From sequence record MZ475891.1: a stretch of 64,000 bases of DNA. The stretch is one strand, 5' to 3'. Positions 1-8,132 of this stretch are shown here, one piece after another. The position numbers were made by a program, and so were the translations under genes. Each line of letters begins with the position of its first letter. Within the stretch, counting starts at the first letter, position 1. The notes under the pieces are model-generated. The model worked only from the letters and a program-made list of their open reading frames with translations. It made no database searches and was not told the DNA's origin.

Positions 1-70
1 GAAGGCGAAAGCTGTTGCTTCTGATGACATTGGCGGGACCGTAGTAGAACTGTTTAGTCTGGGTAGCTAC

Positions 71-2470
71 ATGGACGACGTCCTCGATGCTATCGAAAAG
101 AAGACGAAAGTTAGTTCCGCTGATGCTGCCCGACATGCTCCTCGTATCTCGACCGGTGTGCTTGCTCTCGACATGTATCTGGATGGTGGTATCGTGCCTG
201 GCGGCTGGTACACGTTCAGCGGCGGTGAGCAATCATGTAAGTCAACCATGACCATGAGTATCATGGCCTCTCTTATTCGTCTCAAGTACAGCGGCATTAG
301 CGTTGTGTTTGACTACGAAGGTTCTACCGATGCCGACTACGTTGCTGGTCAGCTCAAAACATTCGGCGTTAAAGTCGATCCGAAAACTATCTTCGGTGTG
401 CGTGATGAAGAAGGCGGCTGGATCATCAAGCCTACCATTCGCTACTACGCGCCTGACAACGGTGAGCGCTTCTTCGATTATATGTCGATGCTGCGTCGTC
501 GCCTGCCTGACAAGATCGTTGAGAAAGACGGTTCAGCTTACTACCTCTTCGAGAACACCAAAGAGAACTCGAAGAAGCTGGCAGGCAAGTACGATAAGAA
601 GTGGTTCAGTCGTAACAACCAGTTCAAAGTTCCTGCGCCAGATGGCCACATGCAGGCTGCTGTTATCGTTGACTCATATCCGGCAATGCTGCCTGATCAG
701 GTCGATGACGACGACGGTTCAAAAGCAATGGCTCTGCAAGCGCGTATGTTCTCCGATGGCATCAAACGTTTCCGTGGCGGTATGCGCCGTAAGATGATGA
801 CTATCGTGGGCGTTAACCAGTTGCGCCAGAAGCCTGCTGTAATGTTCGGTAGCCCTGAATATGAGCCAGGCGGGGACGCTCTCAAGTTCTATTGCTTCGC
901 TGATGACACGCGCATTCGTACCGACCACGGTGTGTTGACTGCGCCTCAGATTAAAGCGTTGCTGGACGAAGGCAAAGAAGTTTGTGTTGAATCGTTCGAA
1001 GGCTTCCAGAAGATTAACGGCGCGTGGAAAGTTGAAGACGCTCCTTATCCGATCGAAGTCAATGCTGGTGGCCATGTGTACATCGGCAGTGCTGAGCATC
1101 GTCAGTTCACCTTCATGCATGACACAACCGCAGAAGGTATGCGTGTACTTCGCCCTGAGTGGAACACGCTTAGCCAACTGGCTCAGTACCCTTCTGCGGA
1201 AGGTCAGTACGCTGCGATTCGTCTTGCGTCCGTCGAAGAACTCAAGCAGAACACGCCTGATCAATTCGATGCCTCCAGCAAGAACATCGAGCTGGTGCTT
1301 TCTAACTGCGGTCCTGAGAAGCGTGATATTAATATCCTCTCTCATGACGGCACAACGTACACAATGCCTGCTGTGCTGATCGACGCCGTTGGTCCTTACG
1401 ATCACGTTGAAGACTTCGCGCATTACATTCAGGACTTCCTGAACATCGGTATCTATGCGTATGCAGACAACTCCGGTATCTGGATTCCTGGTCTGGTTGA
1501 AGCTGACCTGCACAATGCTGTTGCACGCGATGCAGACTCTGGTTATCAGGGCGTTGACTTCTACGCTACCTCACGTCAGATCAGCTATCAGATGATGGCA
1601 GTTATCTCTGATGTGTTCCCAGAGCTGACCCGCTTCGTTCTGGACTTCAACGCTAATCACGCGGAAGAACAGGAAGAGCAAGTTTATCTGGCGCCTGGCT
1701 TTGACATTGCCGAAGCGATGGATGGCATTCTGCACAAAGAGATCAGCGGCTACGACGACCAATACGATCTGCTGATGCAGCAACTGGCCTACGTTGAAGA
1801 CTGGTTCAGTGTTGATGATCGTCTGCTGCCTGTACCGTTTACGCTGCGTGCGCTTGACAAGCAAGTTGAGTTCTGGGATGTTAACGTCGATGAAACTTCC
1901 GTCGTTATCACCAACAACTTCGTTAGTCATAACAGTGACGTTCGCGTTCGTCTGGCTTCTCGTGCTGTGCCTGAAGGCTGGCCGAAACTTAAAGACGCGC
2001 CTGGCGTTGTCGGTGAGAAGTCTGTTTCTGTTGAAGGCGGTACTGACCGCTATCGCTTCATTGCAGCCAAGACCATCAAGAACAAGATGGGCGGTATCCC
2101 GAACCAGCAGACGTGGTTACGCCTGTGGGAAGCTGACGGTAATGGTGAAGCACGCGGCTTTGACCCAGTGTTCGATACATGGCACTACGTCAAAACTCTC
2201 GGCCTCGTCAACGGCACGCGCAAGTCGTTCAAACTGAAAGCGCCATGCCCTGTAGCATCCGAAGTTAAGATGGATTGGGATGACTTCCGTACGCTGATCA
2301 ACGGTAACAAAGAACAGATTGTTAGCGTGTGCAAAAAGCTGAAAGTCAAACCTGTATCTCTGCGTCTGTGGGCGTTCAAGTTCGTGCAGTCCCAGAAAGG
2401 CAAAGATATGTTGAAAGCGTCGATCAGTAAGTCCGTCAAGAACGTTAACGACGACGAAGACGACGATTAA
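71..2470 (+). CDS. uvsX: RecA/UvsX-like recombinase, intein-containing (probably 5'-partial: the frame is open from position 2)
   Basis: RISTGVLALD, P-loop variant GGEQSCKST, Walker B VIVDS, MALQARMFS, NQLRQKP..MFGSPE..PGGDALKFY, KTIKNK. No stop codon in frame between 2 and 71. Confidence 0.93.
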   Translation: MDDVLDAIEKKTKVSSADAARHAPRISTGVLALDMYLDGGIVPGGWYTFSGGEQSCKSTMTMSIMASLIRLKYSGISVVFDYEGSTDADYVAGQLKTFGVKVDPKTIFGVRDEEGGWIIKPTIRYYAPDNGERFFDYMSMLRRRLPDKIVEKDGSAYYLFENTKENSKKLAGKYDKKWFSRNNQFKVPAPDGHMQAAVIVDSYPAMLPDQVDDDDGSKAMALQARMFSDGIKRFRGGMRRKMMTIVGVNQLRQKPAVMFGSPEYEPGGDALKFYCFADDTRIRTDHGVLTAPQIKALLDEGKEVCVESFEGFQKINGAWKVEDAPYPIEVNAGGHVYIGSAEHRQFTFMHDTTAEGMRVLRPEWNTLSQLAQYPSAEGQYAAIRLASVEELKQNTPDQFDASSKNIELVLSNCGPEKRDINILSHDGTTYTMPAVLIDAVGPYDHVEDFAHYIQDFLNIGIYAYADNSGIWIPGLVEADLHNAVARDADSGYQGVDFYATSRQISYQMMAVISDVFPELTRFVLDFNANHAEEQEEQVYLAPGFDIAEAMDGILHKEISGYDDQYDLLMQQLAYVEDWFSVDDRLLPVPFTLRALDKQVEFWDVNVDETSVVITNNFVSHNSDVRVRLASRAVPEGWPKLKDAPGVVGEKSVSVEGGTDRYRFIAAKTIKNKMGGIPNQQTWLRLWEADGNGEARGFDPVFDTWHYVKTLGLVNGTRKSFKLKAPCPVASEVKMDWDDFRTLINGNKEQIVSVCKKLKVKPVSLRLWAFKFVQSQKGKDMLKASISKSVKNVNDDEDDD
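893..1933 (+). mobile_element. Intein (347 aa) within RecA/UvsX, with a degenerate LAGLIDADG-like core
   Basis: Starts CFADDT right after ALKFY. Block B-like SAEH, block F-like FWDVNV, ends VSHN followed by Ser(+1). Removing it restores ALKFY|SDVR. The internal IPGLVEAD...FYATSRQI resembles a LAGLIDADG block. Confidence 0.9.
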
Positions 2471-2477
2471 TTAACTC

Positions 2478-2495
2478 GCGGTCCTTCGGGGCCGC
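2478..2495 (+). terminator. GC-rich hairpin with UUCG tetraloop (no U-tract)
   Basis: GCGGTCC-TTCG-GGGCCGC just after the uvsX stop; an identical 18-mer is at 50331. Confidence 0.55.
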
Positions 2496-2514
2496 CCACT
2501 ATCTGGAGAAAGAG

Positions 2515-2898
2515 ATGCGTACTCTGATTCATACCGCAGACGTAACCAATCTGTCTGTGCTGGAACTGGAAGAAGGCTCGGTAGCAAAGCCTGTTACTCC
2601 AAGCCTGATTTCTGATCTCAAGGAGTTGCTGTCGCGCGAAGACCTGAGTCAGAACATTCGCCACGTTGTGTTCATCTCTGCTGATCAGGTCGGTGTGTTT
2701 ACCGAAGCTGAGATGATCAACTACTTCGATCCAATCGAGCAGGTGTCTGAAATCAACGCAGGCAATATCGGTACTGTGCTGGCGATGCAGGTTATTCGTG
2801 TCGATGACAAGACTAATCTGATCGCAGTGGCTGCTGTCACTGATGTGGAAGAAGGCGTTACTATCAACGAGTTCAACGCATCACCTGTAAATCTGTAA
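2515..2898 (+). CDS. hypothetical protein (127 aa)
   Basis: GGAG RBS, fits gene packing. Confidence 0.75.
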   Translation: MRTLIHTADVTNLSVLELEEGSVAKPVTPSLISDLKELLSREDLSQNIRHVVFISADQVGVFTEAEMINYFDPIEQVSEINAGNIGTVLAMQVIRVDDKTNLIAVAAVTDVEEGVTINEFNASPVNL

Positions 2899-2968
2899 AT
2901 AAAACAAGTGAGGACACGATTGCCCTCACTTAACTCACTCTGATAGGGCATTGACCCAGGAGATAAAC

Positions 2969-3691
2969 ATGACAATCAAATTTGTCGAAGTACCGAACGT
3001 TAGTATGTTCGAGGGTCTGGTGCATGGCGCCAACCGACACGCACAAAACGCCAACATCGGCGGCAAGGCTCGTTACGCATTCTACGTGGATGTGACAGAA
3101 GCTGCGGCAGAAGCTGCACTGTATTCAATGTTGCGCAAGAAGGCACACGCAGATGTTAGAGCTGTGGGCTACTCTGTTTCTCATACTGTGCGCGGTATGA
3201 CTCAACCCAAAGAGATTCCTGTTTTCTTGTCAGACAACTTGTCGCACATATCATTGGATTCTTTGAAACAAAATTTAGGTGAGTTGCTTCGTGCGCTATG
3301 CCGTTCGGCAGCCAGCTCTGATAGCAACATCATTCTGTATTACCAGAAGGACATGGCTTTCATCAAAAGCAAAATGTTCGATTGGGTTCTTGAAAGCAAA
3401 CTGAGCAGACCTTCAAAAGTAGACTGCGAACTGTATGTTCGTTCCTCAAATATCGATCTTAACGTCCTACTTAATATCGTTAGAGATCACGATTACATTG
3501 GTCACTTTGCATCTAACATACCACAAGAGATTACAATAGGCTCTGATGCGAGTGCCATAGATGCGGTCAAGTTATACGACACGGCCGACTTACTGGCTGC
3601 TCAAGGTCGCAAAGTGCATCTGTGCAATGACATTTACCGCAAAGCGTTGTCTATCTCCTTTGCCGACGGTATTCCGCGTAATCAACTGTAA
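2969..3691 (+). CDS. hypothetical protein
   Basis: AGGAG RBS upstream of the ATG at 2969. Confidence 0.75.
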   Translation: MTIKFVEVPNVSMFEGLVHGANRHAQNANIGGKARYAFYVDVTEAAAEAALYSMLRKKAHADVRAVGYSVSHTVRGMTQPKEIPVFLSDNLSHISLDSLKQNLGELLRALCRSAASSDSNIILYYQKDMAFIKSKMFDWVLESKLSRPSKVDCELYVRSSNIDLNVLLNIVRDHDYIGHFASNIPQEITIGSDASAIDAVKLYDTADLLAAQGRKVHLCNDIYRKALSISFADGIPRNQL

Positions 3692-3779
3692 ACCAAACAC
3701 ATTGCTGTGTGTAGTCTTTGGCCAAACTTAGGCTCGGGAGTCCAGGACGGGCTCCCATTTTTATTTCGGAGACAGAACA

Positions 3780-4844
3780 GTGACTGACATTAGAAGCAAA
3801 ACAGCCTACGAATATCTGCACGACACCTATCTTGAAAACAATTTCTTTGTTGGTGTTCCTCGATCTAAACTCACTGCAAAGTTTCAAGAGTACCTGAAGA
3901 CAACTAACGGTAGGCTGCATCGTCACGGTCTTCCTCTCGCTGACTTTATGACGTGGGCCAACATGCGTCCTGAGATCAAAAAGGGCGAACAGCAATTTGA
4001 TGCCGTCATGAGACTGCACAAACTTTCTTTTGATGCAGCTGCGGTGTACACACAATTTGTATGGTCGTTTACCAAAGGTGTGTTCAAGATTGATCAAGAG
4101 ATATGGAAGCATCTTGCAGAAGGTGAGCCACCAAAGATACTGCCCTCAGATACGCTCAAGAGATTGCCTAACTGGTCCCAGTGGTTAGATACGTCATTGA
4201 GAATGGTTCGCCACGATAGCGCCAGTGACACGCTGTTTGCTTTGACCACTGAAGGCTTCTGGTCAACTTACCTGTGCTATGATCATCAAAACAGAACGCA
4301 CATGTTCCTCGTAGCGCCTACCGTTATGCAAATAGGCAAAGAGAGTTTCATCGCAACCACTCTGGTTATGTTTGACATAACAAAAGACCATGAGATGGAA
4401 GACAACATGGATTGGCAAATCACTGCCACATCAACTGACGGTCAAACTTCCGTACGCTTTACGAAAGAGCATGAAATATACGGCAAGATACTTGACGGTT
4501 TGGTTAGTGCTTGGATTGATTCTGCTGTCAATGCGTTGTTGTTCGTCGCTTCATCCGTTGATAACGTTTATAAAGGAGGTGTAAAGGGAATCGTCCCACG
4601 CAAACAAGGTAAGACGTTCAAAGTCCTACCGATACGTGACGTGCGTGTATGGCATGTAGGTTCAGAGTTGCTTAACGAGATACGCCAGTATGAATCTGAT
4701 GTAGCCTCAGAGAGTTCTCAGAATCGCCGTGCTCACATTCGTCGTGGTCATTATCATAACTACTGGTATGGCCCACGTGATGGTGAACGTGTACTAAAGG
4801 CCAAATGGCTTCCACCGTGTGTCGTTCGAGGCACCGCAGAGTAA
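3780..4844 (+). CDS. hypothetical protein with C-terminal HxRRGHxHxYW motif
   Basis: 354-aa ORF, GGAG upstream of GTG, C-terminal RAHIRRGHYHNYWYGP...KWLPP. Confidence 0.75.
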   Translation: MTDIRSKTAYEYLHDTYLENNFFVGVPRSKLTAKFQEYLKTTNGRLHRHGLPLADFMTWANMRPEIKKGEQQFDAVMRLHKLSFDAAAVYTQFVWSFTKGVFKIDQEIWKHLAEGEPPKILPSDTLKRLPNWSQWLDTSLRMVRHDSASDTLFALTTEGFWSTYLCYDHQNRTHMFLVAPTVMQIGKESFIATTLVMFDITKDHEMEDNMDWQITATSTDGQTSVRFTKEHEIYGKILDGLVSAWIDSAVNALLFVASSVDNVYKGGVKGIVPRKQGKTFKVLPIRDVRVWHVGSELLNEIRQYESDVASESSQNRRAHIRRGHYHNYWYGPRDGERVLKAKWLPPCVVRGTAE

Positions 4845-4893
4845 TCACAATCAACCGTATCTTCCATAAAGGCGTTTAGCCTAGGAGAATCTT

Positions 4894-5652
4894 ATGTCAA
4901 GAGTACAAACGTTGTTCATCCCTGAAGTTGAACGTTTTGAAGCGTATGTTAAGTCGTTGCTGCACATGGCACGCACGCTAGATAACAGCGGTCGTCAATA
5001 TAACCGCACGAAACATGTAGTCGTCGTCGGCTCAACAACCCGCACAGTCGAAGCCTACGTCAAAACAACAATCGGCTCTAACACAGTTCCAGATGGCGTT
5101 TTCTGCCTCGGACTGAACCAAGCGCCTGACCTTTATAAGAAATATGACTTCGGCTCGGCTCATGTTGTACTGATGTTCGATCTGATGTATACGTCGGAGA
5201 GTGCAATCCAATCACTCGCCCACAGACTGTTTGATATTATCCTGACACTCAAGCAGCGCCCAGAAGACAGAGAACTGAAAAACCTTCCGATACATATCGT
5301 CGGCCAGAACTGGAAGGTGTGGGACGCTATGATGGAGTCCGGCGCAGGCAACGCAGCAAACTACGAATGCTATTCTAAGGGATTGCAGTTTGCGCCCAAT
5401 CAAACTTTCGAAACAGCCTCATGCATCACGTTTGATCAGCTACTCACGCAGGACCCGAACACTTACGCCAAGCACGACATTTCGATTGGCCGAGAGTTCA
5501 CCGTGATTGATCATGCTACGCTGATTCAAAAACTCCATAACATCAAATGGGTGTTGCAGTCAGGCCAGACACAACACAAACTCATCCTCGACCACGCGTT
5601 TCAGCGCATTTTGTTCGAGCAATATCTCTGCTATGAGTTTCAGGGTCTTTAA
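4894..5652 (+). CDS. hypothetical protein (252 aa)
   Basis: AGGAG RBS, long ORF. Confidence 0.75.
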   Translation: MSRVQTLFIPEVERFEAYVKSLLHMARTLDNSGRQYNRTKHVVVVGSTTRTVEAYVKTTIGSNTVPDGVFCLGLNQAPDLYKKYDFGSAHVVLMFDLMYTSESAIQSLAHRLFDIILTLKQRPEDRELKNLPIHIVGQNWKVWDAMMESGAGNAANYECYSKGLQFAPNQTFETASCITFDQLLTQDPNTYAKHDISIGREFTVIDHATLIQKLHNIKWVLQSGQTQHKLILDHAFQRILFEQYLCYEFQGL

Positions 5653-6054
5653 GAATAATCTTAGTCCGCTAACTAATTTAAAAACGTTGGCAAGTAGTGC
5701 TGACGTCTAGTTATCGGAGACATAACGTGTACGAACGTAGCCTCGTGCGATTGAAGTACCACGCCAGAGCACACCTCTGGTACAATAATACAGAACACGC
5801 TTGCAGTGAGCGGAAGGCTACTAATGTGCAATGTGAACAATTCTTGGAAGCAACCAAGAACTGTCGCTCTGTGCAGGAGTCGCCTAGTGTTGTTTCTTTC
5901 TACTCAGGAGCCGAGCTTGTTGGTCAAGCAATATGGCAGCATGATGCAGACAGTGACAGCACACTTCAATTCCGGCTTCTACTTGCGTAACATCCTAAAG
6001 GGCTTTCAGATACCTCTGGCGGCCCTTTATCATTTCAATACACGGAGAAAGCCA

Positions 6055-6321
6055 ATGTCTGTTCAGATTCAACTGTCCGAGAAAAACCTCGACGATATTA
6101 TGCAGCACTCCACCAGCCGCATCAGCCTGTCTGAGTTGAATGCGCGTCTGGCGCAAGATGAAATCATCATGCAGAACGTGCTGGTGGAACGTCCTGTAGG
6201 CGCTGGTGTGCCTATCACTGTCGTGCGTGATATTGTTGACCGCTATCTGGAGCTGATTCGCAATCCAGGTCCGATTGACGGTCAATGGCAGCCGCAAGAA
6301 TACGCTATCGTGCAATACTGA
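6055..6321 (+). CDS. hypothetical protein (88 aa)
   Basis: GGAG RBS before the ATG at 6055, followed by a hairpin. Confidence 0.7.
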   Translation: MSVQIQLSEKNLDDIMQHSTSRISLSELNARLAQDEIIMQNVLVERPVGAGVPITVVRDIVDRYLELIRNPGPIDGQWQPQEYAIVQY

Positions 6322-6325
6322 TCTC

Positions 6326-6347
6326 ATGGGTGCCTTAGGGCGCCCAT
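6326..6347 (+). terminator. putative terminator hairpin
   Basis: ATGGGTGCC-TTAG-GGCGCCCAT. Confidence 0.55.
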
Positions 6348-6395
6348 ATTCGTTTATATGCTAATTTCTACCTACATTCAACTAGGAGAGACAGC

Positions 6396-7055
6396 ATGAA
6401 AATATTCGTTTCGCTGTCGGCCCCACAAAAACAAAAAGAACCGCCGATTGTAACTGAATCTGATCAAAAGAATCCTCGCGTAAACGATAACAGCAAACTC
6501 GGTCAAGTGTTTGATGTGTTCGTGCTCCAGCAAATGTCCTATCTCGATATGAAAGAGATTCGTGGCTCTGCTGGTCCAAAGTACGCGCAGGTTATTGCTG
6601 ACTGGCTCAACAGCCAACGCAGTATCGACAATAAGTTCCGTGTGTCTAAGCGCAGTAAGATCTCTATTGCTGTCAAGAACACTCAACAGCTTGCCGCTCG
6701 CTATACGGACATTTACCTGTTGAGTCCTGAGAGCAATAAAGAGCGTTCGTGGTTGCTTAAAGGCGAAGGCCCACAAGGCAACAACAAGACGATTGAGATT
6801 GGTCGTAATCTCTTATTAGACGTCCTATATGCTTCTGCTCTGACGTTGCTTGGTGCACACCTCGTAACAGAAGAATGGCCAGGCAACAGCACGTATGATC
6901 AAGTGTTGTTTGAAATGGACAAGCGAAGTAAACGTGGTAAAAGGATTGGTAGGCGCTACCCACGCATTGCCAAAGAAAATGAAAACACACTAATCACGAT
7001 GATGCAGGACGGGTTGTCTATTGCAGAAATCACCGATTGGGTTCTGAAACAGTAA
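6396..7055 (+). CDS. hypothetical protein (219 aa)
   Basis: AGGAG RBS. Confidence 0.75.
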   Translation: MKIFVSLSAPQKQKEPPIVTESDQKNPRVNDNSKLGQVFDVFVLQQMSYLDMKEIRGSAGPKYAQVIADWLNSQRSIDNKFRVSKRSKISIAVKNTQQLAARYTDIYLLSPESNKERSWLLKGEGPQGNNKTIEIGRNLLLDVLYASALTLLGAHLVTEEWPGNSTYDQVLFEMDKRSKRGKRIGRRYPRIAKENENTLITMMQDGLSIAEITDWVLKQ

Positions 7056-7064
7056 GAGGAATCT

Positions 7065-7877
7065 ATGTCACTCGTAAAACTTCAAGGCGTCCCGTCCTTG
7101 TCCGCGCCTACCAAGGCCCAGAAAGATGCAGCTATCTATATGTTTGGTTCTAAAGGCCATTCTATCGTTGCTGTGTTGGATAAATTCAGTCGTGCCAAAG
7201 AAGTGCGTGCACCGCATCTCGATGGTCTGTTGAAGCTGATGAAGGAAGGCGAAGATGATGAGATCATCAAATTCGTTTCATCTGCTGCTGGTAAGAAAGC
7301 TCTGGCTAACGCGAAAGCATTCGCCGTTGCAAAGACACTGACCGCAAGCATTAAAGCGCTTAAACTGATTCGCGTTCCGATGGAGTGGATCGACGGTCAC
7401 TCGGATGTTGCTGCTGCACGCAACGAAGAAACCAAAGAGATTCGCGCACGCAAGACGGCAGGCAATCGTCCTGAGAAGCCTATCAAGCTCGATAACCCGC
7501 AAGCGCCTGCGCCTGTTACTCCTAAGGCCAAGCCTGTTCACATCCCTTCTGGTAAGTCTGCTGACACGCTGGTTGATGAGATGGGGGAAATCGCTGCGCG
7601 TAAGATCTCAGGCAAGAGCCTGCAACAGCGTGAAGAGTATATGAATGCTCTCGGCTTTGTTATCCAGCGTAATATCCCGCGTGCAAAAGTCAACGTCTCG
7701 GCTGATAGTGTTATGGTAACTAAAGGCTCCAAGATTTATACCATTGCATTGACCCCACAAGCGTGGACGCTGCAAGAAGGTGTGACTAAGAAACCTAAGC
7801 GCATCGGCACAACGTTCGACATTGTTGACCTGCTGTCTGCGATTGATTCTTCGTTCGCTCCTGTACTGATGAAGTAA
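7065..7877 (+). CDS. hypothetical Lys/Ala-rich protein (270 aa)
   Basis: GAGG RBS, followed by a terminator. Confidence 0.75.
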   Translation: MSLVKLQGVPSLSAPTKAQKDAAIYMFGSKGHSIVAVLDKFSRAKEVRAPHLDGLLKLMKEGEDDEIIKFVSSAAGKKALANAKAFAVAKTLTASIKALKLIRVPMEWIDGHSDVAAARNEETKEIRARKTAGNRPEKPIKLDNPQAPAPVTPKAKPVHIPSGKSADTLVDEMGEIAARKISGKSLQQREEYMNALGFVIQRNIPRAKVNVSADSVMVTKGSKIYTIALTPQAWTLQEGVTKKPKRIGTTFDIVDLLSAIDSSFAPVLMK

Positions 7878-7881
7878 CAAC

Positions 7882-7910
7882 AAAAGGGTGGCCTAAGGGT
7901 CGCCCTTTTT
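7882..7910 (+). terminator. intrinsic terminator, possibly bidirectional
   Basis: AAAAGGGTGGCC-TAAG-GGTCGCCCTTTTT. Confidence 0.8.
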
Positions 7911-8132
7911 CGATCTATTTGCGTGCCAATCGTAAATAACCTTTCCTCTGCGTTGCCTCTCCTACTCCTGCCTCGACGTTCACCAGCTGCATACTCATTC
8001 CATTTGTCTCTACTAACTCTGGCTCTAACTCAAAACCTGCCTCAGTTTCCTGCTCACCTGATCGCTAATTCCTATCTGCAAGCCAAGTTCTTGCATACGC
8101 AAATTTGCTATTAGGTTAAGAGGAATATTCCC

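Noticed and set aside
719-1930. Minus-strand ORFs (264 aa, 119 aa) across the intein as a possible separate endonuclease gene
   Set aside because: No nuclease motifs or RBS; antisense shadows of the intein frame.
7940-8070. Purine-rich minus-strand frame (EQETEAGFELEPEL...) as a hidden acidic gene
   Set aside because: A stop precedes it in frame, and the only ATG gives 27 codons with no supporting promoter.
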